Assembly (NCBI GenBank): GCA_963765205.1
Contig: CAVXVB010000004.1
Location: forward strand, 128,001-192,000
DNA length: 64,000 nt
Reading direction: 5' to 3'
Source of the DNA: an uncultured Verrucomicrobiae bacterium
GTDB lineage: Bacteria; Verrucomicrobiota; Verrucomicrobiia; Opitutales; JABDGR01
Under the pieces are notes generated by a model, which was not told where the DNA came from, did not search any database, and saw nothing but the letters and a program-made list of their open reading frames with translations. The position numbers were made by a program, and so were the translations under genes. This document shows, piece by piece, positions 20,084 to 30,078 of the stretch; positions within the stretch are counted from its first letter, which is position 1; each line of letters starts with the position of its first letter.

Positions 20084-21355
20084 TTATTCCCTTATCTGCC
20101 CGTCGCCCTTGATCACATACTTATACGTGCATAATTCGCGCAGGCCCATGGGGCCGCGGGCGTGGAGGCGGTCAGTCGAGATGCCGATTTCCGCGCCGAG
20201 GCCGAACTCGAAGCCGTCCGTGAAGCGCGTCGAGGCGTTCCAGTAAACCGTCGCCGAATCCACGCCGGCGAGGAACTGGCGCGCGGCGGCTTCATCGCGC
20301 GTGACAATTGCGTCGGAGTGGCCCGAGCCGTATTGGTTGATGTCCGCAATGGCGGCGGCGAGATCGGGCACGACTTTCACGGCTAGGATCAAATCCAGGT
20401 ATTCGGTCGAGAAGTCCTCGCCACTGGCGGGCGTGAGCTTGAGACCGGCTTCGTTTTGCAACAGGGCCAGCGCGCGCGGGTCGGCGCGCAGTTCGACGTT
20501 TTTCGCGGCGAGGGCGCGGGCGATTCTTGGCAGCAGCGCGGGCGCGGCGTCCTGGTGGATGAAGAGATTTTCCGCGGCATTGCACACGCCGGGGCGCTGG
20601 GTCTTGGCGTTGATCACGATTTTTTCCGCGAGCGCGGGATCGGCGTCGCGATCCACGTAAATCGTGCAGACGCCCTTGAAATGTTTGATGACGGGGACGG
20701 TGGCGTGCTCCGCGACGAAGCGGATGAGCGCCTCGCCGCCGCGCGGGATGACGCAGTGGATGTATTGATCTAGCCGGAGCAGCGGTTCGAGCGCGGCGCG
20801 GTCGGTGGTCGGGACGAGCTGGACGGCGTGCGCGGGCAGGCCGGCCTCGGCCAGCGCCTCGCCGCACAACGCCGCCAGTGCGGTGTTGGACTCAAAAGAC
20901 TCGCTGCCGCCACGCAGGATGCAGGCGTTGCCGGATTTGAGGCAGAGCGCCGCGCACTCGATGGTCACGTTCGGGCGCGATTCGTAAATGATGGCGATGA
21001 CGCCGATGGGCACGCGGATTTTGCGGATTTCCAAGCCATTCGGACGCGTGATGCGCTCGATTTCCTCGCCCACGGGGTCGGGCAGCGCGGCGACCTGGCG
21101 CACGCTCTCCGCCAGGGCGCGCAGGCGTTCGGACGTGAGCGTGAGACGGTCGAGCATGGGCTTGGCCAGGCCGGCCGCCGTGGCCGCGGCCACATCGCGC
21201 GCGTTCGCGGCGAGCAGCGCGGGCGCGCGTTCACCCAGCAACGCCGCCAGGCGCGCGAGCGCGGCGTTTTTGCGCGACGAGTGGGCCGTGGCCAGCGCGA
21301 GCGACGCCGCGCGCGCCTGCCGGCCCAGCGTCTCGATGAGGGCGGAAAGGGACAT
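20084..21355 (-). CDS. proA: Gamma-glutamyl phosphate reductase
   Basis: [61 protein letters not shown]. Confidence 0.97.
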   Translation of the reverse strand: MSLSALIETLGRQARAASLALATAHSSRKNAALARLAALLGERAPALLAANARDVAAATAAGLAKPMLDRLTLTSERLRALAESVRQVAALPDPVGEEIERITRPNGLEIRKIRVPIGVIAIIYESRPNVTIECAALCLKSGNACILRGGSESFESNTALAALCGEALAEAGLPAHAVQLVPTTDRAALEPLLRLDQYIHCVIPRGGEALIRFVAEHATVPVIKHFKGVCTIYVDRDADPALAEKIVINAKTQRPGVCNAAENLFIHQDAAPALLPRIARALAAKNVELRADPRALALLQNEAGLKLTPASGEDFSTEYLDLILAVKVVPDLAAAIADINQYGSGHSDAIVTRDEAAARQFLAGVDSATVYWNASTRFTDGFEFGLGAEIGISTDRLHARGPMGLRELCTYKYVIKGDGQIRE

Positions 21356-21361
21356 GGAATA

Positions 21362-21478
21362 AGAAGTCAGAATACAGGAGACCGGAGACAGAATAAAGGC
21401 GATTTCGGCAGATTTTTCCGCCGTCTTTTTATCTCCTGCGTTCTGACTTCCGAATCCTGAATTCTGTTTCCTGAATCC
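21362..21478. repeat. Heptamer-unit inverted repeat (CAGAATA/TCCTGAA-like)
   Basis: AGAAGTCAGAATACAGGAGA... faces TCTCCTGCGTTCTGACTTCCGAATCCTGAATTCTG... Confidence 0.65.
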
Positions 21479-22438
21479 CTACAATTTCACCATCGCCCGC
21501 AACTCCCACGCGCGTTTTTCGATTTCGGCGATGCCGGCGGATTCGAGGCGGTCGCAGGAAAAGGCTTCGACGGTGAGACTGGCGACGACAGTGGCAAAGA
21601 CCATGGCTTCTTTGATTTGCAAAAACGTTGGCTGCGGCGGGCGGCCGGCACCAGTCTGCACGGCGAGGGCGCCGAGGAGCGCGCCGGCGAAGGAATCGCC
21701 CGCGCCGGTCGGGTCGTGCAACTCGACCACGGGATATGCGGGCAGCGCGAACAGCCCGTCGGGATGAAACAAATACGCGCCGTGCTCGCCCTTCTTGACG
21801 ATGACCAGGCGCGGCCCCAGCGCGCGCAGGGCGTGGCCAGCACGGATGAGGTTGGTTTCGCCGGTAAGGAGTTCCGCCTCAGTGTCGTTGATGACAAACA
21901 GATCCAATTCTCGCAGGAGGGCGCGCAATTCGTCGTGCGTGGTTTTGATCCACAAATCAATCGTGTCGGCGGCGGCGAAAGCATTTTTCCCGAGCGCGGC
22001 GCGCACATGGCGTTGGAGCGCAGGGTGGATGTTCCCGAGCAGAACGTATTCGGATTTTTTGTAATGTTCCGGCAACTGCGGGCGGAAACGCTCGAAGACA
22101 TTGAGGTGGATTTCGAGCGTGTCGCGCCGGTTGAAGTTTTCGTGATAGCGCCCCTTCCAATGGAAAGTCGGGCCGCTCGGGTCCACTTGCAGGCCGGCGA
22201 GGTCAATACCGCGCGCGCGCAGGCGGGCGAGGTCGTGCGGGGCGAAATCGTGGCCGACGACGCCGACGAGGCGCGTGGGCGCGAAGTAGCTGGCGGCGAG
22301 CGCGGCGTAACTGGCCGAGCCGCCGAGGATGCGCTCGCCGCTGGCGCGCGGCGTGATGATGTCGTCATACGCGACCGAGCCAACGACGAGGACGCCGGCG
22401 GGTTCGTGCGCGACATGGGGCAGGGTCAGGCGGTGCAT
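21479..22438 (-). CDS. PfkB-family carbohydrate/nucleoside kinase
   Basis: LVVGSVAYD, LGGSASYAA, INDTEA, VKKGEHGA, DPTGAGDSFAG. Confidence 0.9.
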   Translation of the reverse strand: MHRLTLPHVAHEPAGVLVVGSVAYDDIITPRASGERILGGSASYAALAASYFAPTRLVGVVGHDFAPHDLARLRARGIDLAGLQVDPSGPTFHWKGRYHENFNRRDTLEIHLNVFERFRPQLPEHYKKSEYVLLGNIHPALQRHVRAALGKNAFAAADTIDLWIKTTHDELRALLRELDLFVINDTEAELLTGETNLIRAGHALRALGPRLVIVKKGEHGAYLFHPDGLFALPAYPVVELHDPTGAGDSFAGALLGALAVQTGAGRPPQPTFLQIKEAMVFATVVASLTVEAFSCDRLESAGIAEIEKRAWELRAMVKL

Positions 22439-22451
22439 GGGGTAAAATGAA

Positions 22452-23060
22452 TCAGTGTGGAAACGGGCTGGCGAGATGCATAAACAAAAACTGCAGCGCG
22501 TTGAGCGAGAGGCTGTGGAAAATCTCCCCGCGGCGGATCATCTGTTCGACTTCGACCAGTGGGAAGATGCCGATTTGCAATTCCTCGTGCGGGTCCCAAT
22601 TTGTCGCCGCGTGGAGCGCGCAATTTTCGACGAGGATGAAATGGACTGTGTTGTTTTGAATGGCGGGGTTGGGCGCGGCTTGGCCCAGGAGGCGCGCGGC
22701 CATGCCGGCGTAGCCGGTTTCCTCGAGCAATTCGCGCTGCGCGGCGGCAACAATGTCCTCGCCCGGTTCGATGACTCCGCCGGGCGGCTCCCAGGAAAGT
22801 TTTTCCACCCCGAAGCGCCACTGGCGCACGAGAATCAATTCCTGCCGCGGCGTCAGGGCGAGCGTCTGCGCCCAGTCCGGGGCTTCGATGACGTAGAAAT
22901 CCCCTTCGCGCCCGTCGTCGACGTGGCGCAAACGCCGGCGTTGGACGCGGAACACCCGGCAATCGGCCAAGGTGCTTTGCCCAAGGTTGACCCACGCGGC
23001 CGGGGGTGTGGCGGAGCCGCCGGCGGCCGCAGGCCGGGATACGGGCGGAGTCTCGGCCAT
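22452..23060 (-). CDS. NUDIX hydrolase (ADP-ribose pyrophosphatase-like)
   Basis: Nudix box PGGVIEPGEDIVAAAQRELLEETGY; LVRQWR; PNPA. Confidence 0.9.
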   Translation of the reverse strand: MAETPPVSRPAAAGGSATPPAAWVNLGQSTLADCRVFRVQRRRLRHVDDGREGDFYVIEAPDWAQTLALTPRQELILVRQWRFGVEKLSWEPPGGVIEPGEDIVAAAQRELLEETGYAGMAARLLGQAAPNPAIQNNTVHFILVENCALHAATNWDPHEELQIGIFPLVEVEQMIRRGEIFHSLSLNALQFLFMHLASPFPH

Positions 23061-23067
23061 GAAAAAC

Positions 23068-23721
23068 TTACGACGTGGCGACCGCCGCAGCTGGGGCCGC
23101 CGAACCGCTATCCGCAGGCGCGGCGGTACGCGAGGCCGGGGCGCTCGAACCGGAAGATGCGTGCGAGGCCGGGATCGTGATGACTTGGCCCGGTTTCAAT
23201 TTCGTGGAATCCACCCCCGGATTGGCATCTTCGAGGGCTTTGAGGGTGACGTTATATCTCTTGGCTACGTTACTGAGGGTATCGCCCGAAGCGATGGTGT
23301 GGGTGCCGCCCTGACCGGGCACTACGTTCGAGGCTGCCTGGCCGCCGCTGCCGCGGGTGGCGGGGACGGAACCCTTGCCGATTTTGCCGACGCTATCTGA
23401 CAACTCGGTAATCTTAGTGCGGTCGTCGGTGATGGCTTGGCCGTATTTGGTGAGAACGTCCTGCGCGTTGGCAATAAAAGCATCAAGTTTGCTGGATGTA
23501 GCGTCGAGCTTGGCGGAGAGGCCGCCCGCCGCAGATGCTGCAGTTTTGGCGTCATTGGCGGCCTGGGTGGCGGCGTCGATGTCGGTTCGCTGGGCCGTCA
23601 ACTTGCTGCTGTTGCTGAACGACATGAGCAAGGCGACACCGCCGACCAGCACGCCAAGGATGCCGATGGCAAGAGGCATCATCGAGCTGATGCCGGATTT
23701 GGAGGAAGAATCTACGTCCAT
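23068..23721 (-). CDS. Membrane-anchored LysM domain protein
   Basis: TM (LAIGILGVLVGGVALL), coiled coil, LysM HTIASGDTLSNVAKRYNVTLKALEDANPGV..LKPGQVITIP. Confidence 0.85.
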   Translation of the reverse strand: MDVDSSSKSGISSMMPLAIGILGVLVGGVALLMSFSNSSKLTAQRTDIDAATQAANDAKTAASAAGGLSAKLDATSSKLDAFIANAQDVLTKYGQAITDDRTKITELSDSVGKIGKGSVPATRGSGGQAASNVVPGQGGTHTIASGDTLSNVAKRYNVTLKALEDANPGVDSTKLKPGQVITIPASHASSGSSAPASRTAAPADSGSAAPAAAVATS

Positions 23722-23959
23722 GGGAGGAAAACGATGAGGATAAAAAGCCCCGCCCGGCCAACGCGACCGCGCGAAGCTGCCCCTTAATAAGCCCGCCGCC
23801 CCGCAGAACGCAAGCGGCAAAAATGACCCATTTTTGAGGGGGCCTCTCAGTCTAGCAGTTTCCATACCGAATGAGCACCGGGGCAGGCATAAGAAAGGAA
23901 ATTTTGGGGATCGAGTTTGGACTCCACTCCCCGCTCCCCACCCTCCACACTCTTGCGGC

Positions 23960-26900
23960 ATGCTCTCGGCTCTCCGCATCTCCGACCACCCCGCCGCCAC
24001 CTGGACCTGCGCGGCGGAGCCGTGGCTGCGCACCCACGGGCCCGCCTGGCGTGAACGCCGCACCGTCCTCGCGCCGAACGCCGCCTGGATTGCCGCGCTG
24101 AAGGCCGGCGCGGTCGCGGCGGGGATTCCCGTCCTCGGCATCAATTGGCTCACGCCCGGTTGCTGGCGCGCGCAGGCTTTGTGCGCGTTGCCCGACTCGG
24201 CCCGCCAGGTCGCCTTGCGCGAGGATTTGCATCTGCTGCTCGAACTGGCCGCGGCAGCCCTACCGGATAATTTGCTGGCCCGCGCGTATGGGCCGGACCC
24301 CGCGCCGTTTCAGGAATTGCTCGACGCCCTGGATGGGGCGGGCTGGGACGGCGAGGTATTTGCTGATGCCACCGCGCGCGAACTGGCTGCCAGCGTTGCG
24401 CACGCGCGCGCGCAGGCTGGCTGGCTCACAACCGCCGCCGCCGACCGAGCTTTTCGCGCCGCCGCCGCGAACGGCACGCTGCCCCGGCTCGGCGAAAAAT
24501 TACTCGCGGTCGGTTTCAGCCCGGGCGATTGGGCGCTGCACCCGCTCCTCGAAGCGGCCGCCGCGGCGCATGGCGAGAGCGAACTCGTCCTCGACGTGGT
24601 GGATTACGAGCAGACCATCGCGGCGGCCTGGGTCGGCGCGTGGGAAGAAACTTTGGGCGGCCCGGCGGATTGGCTCGAAGCCGCAGGCACACCCGCGCCA
24701 TTTGCGTCTCTGGCGGCGGAAATTCTCGCGTCGGCGCGACCCACGCCGACGCAAAGTTTTTCCGCGCCCGAAAACGCCTCGCCGGTTTTATGGCTGGCGG
24801 ATAATTTGCAGGCGGAGGCCGACCTCGCCGTCGCACAGGCCCTAGCATTTTTGGGCGAAGCGGGCGACCGACCCGCGCGCGTCGGCGTGGTCGTGGGTTC
24901 GGTAAACAGCCCGCTGGCGCACGAAGTGGCCGCCCGCTTCGCCGCGCTCGACTTGCCGCACCACGACGCGCCCGGCCATTTACCGGGCCGCGTGCCTGCA
25001 CAAGCGTTGTTCGAGGCCTGGCTCGACTGGCAGATGGACGGCCGCCTCGCGGGATTGGTTACATGGGTGCGCACGGCGGGGAATTGTGGATTGGCTAGTG
25101 GGAAAGACGCTGATAAAATAGAAAAATATTTGCAGGAGGCCATGCGCGCGACGCTCACCGACGACCCGGCGGTGCTCGGCACGTGGCTGGCGGGCGCGCG
25201 CGCTGAGGCCACTGAGGCGCGGGTGTTTCTCGCCGCGTGGCCGCCTTTGCCGGAATCCGCGCCGTGGGAGGATTTTTTGAAAAAAGTTCTCGAAGTTTCC
25301 AAAAAGCTTCGCTGGCCGGAGGAGCCGGAATTTCTTCAGCAACGCATGGAAAATTGGCGCGGCGCGGTCACGTCGCCGTTGCCGCGCGCGGCGGTGCTGC
25401 GCTGGGTGCGCGCGGTGACACGGGTGCCGGGGCGCACGCGCGACGCGCGGGGCCGCGAGCCGTGGGCTCCCTTGCAAGTCGTGGACGCCGCCAGCGCCGC
25501 CGCGCAGGAGTGGACGCACCTCGTCCTCGGCGGTTTGCTGCACGGCGAATGGCCGGCGGACGACCATGATTCGCCGCTGCTAAGTGAGGCGCGCGTGCGC
25601 GAGCTTAATCGCGCGGTGTTGCGCCAAGGCGCGCAGGGTGAGGGGCATTGGACAGCCGCGCCGGGGCGCGCGCCGCTCTTGTCCCAAGCCGACCGCCGCC
25701 GGCTGGATCGCGCGGTGTTCGCGCGTCTGCTGGGCTTGCCAACCGCGGGCCTCGCATTGACCGCGCGGCGGACTGATCCCGCTGACGGGCGCCCGGCGCG
25801 GCTCTCGGAATATTTTTGGGCGGCGGCGAAACTTGCGCTCGGCCGGTTGCCGACGGAAGACGATTGGGACGCGCTGGCCGCCGCGAGCCGTGCGCGCCAC
25901 GAAGTTGTGCGGGCCGGGCTGGGCGGGAGTTTGCCGGAAATTGTGCGCGGGGATTTTGGGAAAATTTCCGCGCCCGGCCCGGCGGCCACCGCGCGCGCCC
26001 ACGCCGCGCGGCGCAATCCACAAACCGCGTTCGACGAATTTTCTTTCGGCCTGAAATCGCTGCCGAAAGAGCCGCTGAAGTTATCGTGCAAAAAATGGCA
26101 GGACGCGCTGGCGCGGCCGGGCGCGGCGTGGTTCCAACATATTCTGCGCGCGGAGCCGCGCTGGGAGCCGGCGGAAGACGACCCGGCGCGGCTGAGCCTC
26201 GGCTTGTGGGCGCACGAGATCGCACGGCCCGGCCCGGCAAACTTTGGGGAAGCAGGCGCGCCGGAATCGCTGCAGCGGCCTTCTTTAGAGCTGTGGCGCA
26301 AGCTGGTGGACACAAGCGCGCAAAAGATTCGCGCGGAGACCGCGGCGGCGTTTGCGGCGGCACAGCGTCCGCTGCCGGAAGCGTGGCTGGACACTTGGGC
26401 GCGCGCCGCCCGCGTGGCCGGGCAATGGGTGGACGCGCTGGCGGAAAATCCTGAGTGGACGCACGCGCTCGGCGAAATTTCGCTGCCCTGTGAATTGCGG
26501 GGCGCACTGCCGGGAACCCGCGTGGAGCTTCCGCTCTCGGGCCGGATGGATTTGGTGTTGTTCGGCCAACCAGTCGTGTTCGCTCCGGGCCGGCTTGGCA
26601 GCTCGGCGGCGTGGGTGGTTGACTTCAAAACCGGCGGCGACCCGCCGTTGTCGCTGAAAAAACTCGCCGACGGCGCGGGCTTGCAAGTGGCGCTCTACGC
26701 GCGCGCGTTGCTGGTCCTCGGCGCGGGCACGGTATCGCTGACGGTGTTAAACGCCGGGGGCGACGCGGAGCCGCAACTCACGAGCGTGGATTTGGAAAAT
26801 CCGAAACTTGCCAACCTTTGGAAACTGCTCGCGGACTTCGCGCAAGGCCGCTGGGGCGAGCATTGCGATCTCGATAATGAACAAGAAAATTCCGGGGACT

Positions 26901-26977
26901 ACCCTTCGGCGACGCTGCCCGTCCCCATTGATATTTTGCGCCGGAAGTGGGAAATCACGCATCCCCAATCCGTATGA
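23960..26977 (+). CDS. AddB/RexB-like subunit with C-terminal PD-(D/E)XK nuclease
   Basis: SGRMDL...VVDFKTG...LQVALYARAL; degenerate helicase-like body; stop overlaps the next ATG (ATGA). Confidence 0.75.
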   Translation: MLSALRISDHPAATWTCAAEPWLRTHGPAWRERRTVLAPNAAWIAALKAGAVAAGIPVLGINWLTPGCWRAQALCALPDSARQVALREDLHLLLELAAAALPDNLLARAYGPDPAPFQELLDALDGAGWDGEVFADATARELAASVAHARAQAGWLTTAAADRAFRAAAANGTLPRLGEKLLAVGFSPGDWALHPLLEAAAAAHGESELVLDVVDYEQTIAAAWVGAWEETLGGPADWLEAAGTPAPFASLAAEILASARPTPTQSFSAPENASPVLWLADNLQAEADLAVAQALAFLGEAGDRPARVGVVVGSVNSPLAHEVAARFAALDLPHHDAPGHLPGRVPAQALFEAWLDWQMDGRLAGLVTWVRTAGNCGLASGKDADKIEKYLQEAMRATLTDDPAVLGTWLAGARAEATEARVFLAAWPPLPESAPWEDFLKKVLEVSKKLRWPEEPEFLQQRMENWRGAVTSPLPRAAVLRWVRAVTRVPGRTRDARGREPWAPLQVVDAASAAAQEWTHLVLGGLLHGEWPADDHDSPLLSEARVRELNRAVLRQGAQGEGHWTAAPGRAPLLSQADRRRLDRAVFARLLGLPTAGLALTARRTDPADGRPARLSEYFWAAAKLALGRLPTEDDWDALAAASRARHEVVRAGLGGSLPEIVRGDFGKISAPGPAATARAHAARRNPQTAFDEFSFGLKSLPKEPLKLSCKKWQDALARPGAAWFQHILRAEPRWEPAEDDPARLSLGLWAHEIARPGPANFGEAGAPESLQRPSLELWRKLVDTSAQKIRAETAAAFAAAQRPLPEAWLDTWARAARVAGQWVDALAENPEWTHALGEISLPCELRGALPGTRVELPLSGRMDLVLFGQPVVFAPGRLGSSAAWVVDFKTGGDPPLSLKKLADGAGLQVALYARALLVLGAGTVSLTVLNAGGDAEPQLTSVDLENPKLANLWKLLADFAQGRWGEHCDLDNEQENSGDYPSATLPVPIDILRRKWEITHPQSV

Positions 26978-29900
26978 ACTTGCCCGACCAGGCCGACCGC
27001 GACCGCTTTGCCACCGAGACGGGGCGGAACTTTTCCGTCATCGCGCCGGCTGGCGTGGGCAAGACGCGCGCCATTGCCCAGCGCGTGCGGGCCATCGCCC
27101 TGGCCGATGCGCGAGCGAGAGAACAGGCGCGAGTGAGCGGCGTGGCGGCCCCGCCACCGCGCCTGCCGCGCCTAGTCGTCGTCACCTACACGCGCAAGGC
27201 CGCGGACGAGATGCGCGAGCGGGCGCGCCGGGAACTGGTCGAGGCCGGGCTGCCGCCCGCCATCCTCGGTTGGTTCAACGAGGCGTTCTTCGGCACGATT
27301 CACAGTTTTTGTCTTGAATTACTGCGGCGCTTCGGGCCGCTGGCCGGTTTGCCCACGCGCTTTACCGTCGAGCCGGACGATGCGGAGCTGCGCCTGGCCT
27401 TCCAGCGGGACACGCCGGACGTAGCCGCCTTTTTGCCGGAACCCGCGCGCGCGGCGTGGCGGCGTTACGGCACAGCGGCGGTGGTCTGGCCGCTGGTGTG
27501 GACGTGGCCGGAGGGCGCGGAAATGCCGCCTGCGCCGGGACCGTGCCCGGAAATCAATTTTGCCGCGGTGTTCCATTTTCAGCGCGCCAAAAAGCACCAG
27601 AGTGCGGAGGAACATATCCGCCGCTCACGGCAACGGCTGGGCGCGTGGCAAACGGCGGGCGCGGAGGCACGCGCGCTCGGCCTGCCGGAGGCGTCCGGCG
27701 GCGGTGAAGACTTTCTGCAAATCTGGGCCGCGGCGTTTTTGCCGCTACGCGAGTGGCTGGCCGCGGCGGCGGCCCATGCGGCGGCGGGTTTGGCGGAAAA
27801 ATACGCGCAATTCAAGGAGGAGCGTGGCTGCCTCGGCTACGGCGATTTCACGCGGTTGGCCGCGAAGTTGTTGCGCGACCCGGTATTGGGCGAACGCATT
27901 CGCGAGCAGGAATTTTCCATTTTGCTCGACGAGGCACAGGACACCGACCCGGCGCAATTCGATGTCTTGCTCAGGGTCGCACAAGCGACGGGCACGGCGG
28001 ACCAAGACCTGTCTGCGCAACCCGCGCCGGGACGTTTCTCCATGGTCGGCGACCCGCAACAGTCCATCTACCGCCGCGCGGACGTGCGCTACTACGAGAA
28101 TTTGCGCGCGCGCCTGGTGCAGTCCGGCGCGGCGGAGGAACTCATCTTCTCCGTCACGCTGCGCTGCGACACCGCGATTGTCGCGCAGGTGAACAAAATA
28201 TTTCCCGCGCTGCTGGATGGGCGCGCCGGCCAGGCGAATTTTGTACCACTGCAAACGCGGCCTGGTGCGGGCGCGGGGAGCATGTGGCGCCTGCCTGTCG
28301 CGCGACCGGAAAATTTTCCCACGAAGCCGAAGGTGGATGATTTGATTCGCGCCGAGGCTGAGGCTCTCGCGCACTGGTTGAAAAACGCCGGTCACAAGGG
28401 CGCGGGGGCGGATGGCTGGGAGGAAGTGGCGATACTCGCGCCGCGCAAAAAATGGCTCGGCGCGCTGGCGGCGGCGTTGCGCGCCGTGGATTTGCGCGCG
28501 CAATTGCACGCCGACGATCGCGCGCGGGGCGCGGATCCGGCCCGCGCGTGGCTCGGCGCGCTGCTCGGCGTGCTGGCCGACCCGGGCGACGATTTCGAGA
28601 TCATCGGCGTGTTACGTGAAATTTTCGGCGTTTCCGATGACGACATTTTTCATTGGCGCAACGGCGGCGCGGCGGCGGCGGCGCCAAACGCGCGGGCGGC
28701 GCAGGAATTATTGGCGCAACTGGCGCGCGCCGTTTCCGGGAGGCCCTTGCGCGACGCCGTGGCGCTGGCGGTCAAAGCCGCGCAATTGCGGGAGCGCCTG
28801 GCTGCTATCGGCACGCCACCCGCCGCCCTCGAAACATTGCTCGACCAAACCGCGCCCGCCGAAGCGCGCGGGGACGACCTGGTGGTGTTCGCGCGCGCAC
28901 TGCGCCACGGGCCGGCCGAAGCCGTGGAGCCGGTGGCCCAATCCGGCGAAATTCAACTGCTCACCAACCATAAAGCCAAGGGGCTCGAATGGCCGGTGGT
29001 CGTGCAATTCGGTTTGTTTCTCAAGCCGCGCGTGCCGGCGCCGGAGTATCCCTGCTGGGTTGCGCCCACCGCGCCCGGCGCGCCGCCGACCTGCCGGCTC
29101 GACAAACTCCACGCGCCGACGCAGGTAGGGTGGGGCGAGAAGGAGGCCCAGCGCGCTGAATTCGAGCGCCTGCTCTACGTCGCCGTGACACGCCCGCGCC
29201 ACACACTCTTCCTGGTGGACGCAACCGCGCTGGCCGACCCTGACAAGTCTGCCGATGGGTCACTGGCCAGGCTGCTGGGTGTAACACCCGGAGGGCCGGC
29301 GCGGAGCTGGTGGGAAACGATTCCGCAGGCAGGTGAAAAAATCATAAAAACTAAAAGAATATCCTTCAAGAAAGGCCAGCCCTCCGCGCCGCCCGCGCGC
29401 TGGCTACAGCCGGAATGGGGCGCGGAAATTTTTGCCCCGGCTGTGACGGCAGCGAGAAAATTCGCGCGCCGTGTGCGCCCGAGCACGCTGGCCAAACATC
29501 TGACAGCCTCCGCCGTGCCGGAACGCGCTGAGCCGGATTTGGCCGCGCCGCCGGACTATCCCGAGGAGCAAGCGCCACCGGGCTCCGCAGTGAACTACGG
29601 CAACTGGTGGCACGAAGTCATGGAGCGCACACCCTGGTCCGCCGGCAAAAATGAGTGGGCGGCCTTCTGGGAAAAATCCTGCGCGACCGCGCCGGACGTC
29701 GCGCGCGCGCGCGCGGAGACGGTGCGCTTGCTGGTCTCGCCGCTGACTGCGCGGCTCGCCGAGCCCGGGTTGGAATTTGCCGTCGAGACGCCGTTTTTGT
29801 GGGCCGAGCCGGACGGCGCGCGCGCGTTCGACGGCTGCATGGACCTGGCGGTGTGGGATGGGAAAAATTTGCGCTGGCTCGTGGTGGATTGGAAGACGGA

Positions 29901-30048
29901 TTTCGTGGACGGCGATTACGCGGCGGAATTGCGCCGGCGCTATGCCGCGCAAGTGGCCGTTTACGCGCGCGCATTGACCGAGCTGACGGGTGCGCCGGCC
30001 GAAGCCTTGCTCTACGGCACGCGCACGGGTGTGCTGGCCGCGATTTAG
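26974..30048 (+). CDS. AddA/RexA-like UvrD helicase-nuclease
   Basis: APAGVGKT, GTIHSFC, LLDEAQDT, VGDPQQSIY, HKAKGLEW, RLLYVAVTR, nuclease GCMDL..VVDWKT..QVAVY. Confidence 0.9.
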   Translation: MNLPDQADRDRFATETGRNFSVIAPAGVGKTRAIAQRVRAIALADARAREQARVSGVAAPPPRLPRLVVVTYTRKAADEMRERARRELVEAGLPPAILGWFNEAFFGTIHSFCLELLRRFGPLAGLPTRFTVEPDDAELRLAFQRDTPDVAAFLPEPARAAWRRYGTAAVVWPLVWTWPEGAEMPPAPGPCPEINFAAVFHFQRAKKHQSAEEHIRRSRQRLGAWQTAGAEARALGLPEASGGGEDFLQIWAAAFLPLREWLAAAAAHAAAGLAEKYAQFKEERGCLGYGDFTRLAAKLLRDPVLGERIREQEFSILLDEAQDTDPAQFDVLLRVAQATGTADQDLSAQPAPGRFSMVGDPQQSIYRRADVRYYENLRARLVQSGAAEELIFSVTLRCDTAIVAQVNKIFPALLDGRAGQANFVPLQTRPGAGAGSMWRLPVARPENFPTKPKVDDLIRAEAEALAHWLKNAGHKGAGADGWEEVAILAPRKKWLGALAAALRAVDLRAQLHADDRARGADPARAWLGALLGVLADPGDDFEIIGVLREIFGVSDDDIFHWRNGGAAAAAPNARAAQELLAQLARAVSGRPLRDAVALAVKAAQLRERLAAIGTPPAALETLLDQTAPAEARGDDLVVFARALRHGPAEAVEPVAQSGEIQLLTNHKAKGLEWPVVVQFGLFLKPRVPAPEYPCWVAPTAPGAPPTCRLDKLHAPTQVGWGEKEAQRAEFERLLYVAVTRPRHTLFLVDATALADPDKSADGSLARLLGVTPGGPARSWWETIPQAGEKIIKTKRISFKKGQPSAPPARWLQPEWGAEIFAPAVTAARKFARRVRPSTLAKHLTASAVPERAEPDLAAPPDYPEEQAPPGSAVNYGNWWHEVMERTPWSAGKNEWAAFWEKSCATAPDVARARAETVRLLVSPLTARLAEPGLEFAVETPFLWAEPDGARAFDGCMDLAVWDGKNLRWLVVDWKTDFVDGDYAAELRRRYAAQVAVYARALTELTGAPAEALLYGTRTGVLAAI

Positions 30049-30078
30049 CAAACTTGCCGCGCGGGCAGCAGCACCGCG

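Noticed and set aside
23960..30048. Helicase plus nuclease pair as a novel anti-phage or Cas4-like system
   Set aside because: Order, coupling and motifs fit housekeeping AddAB-type repair, and composition matches the core genes.
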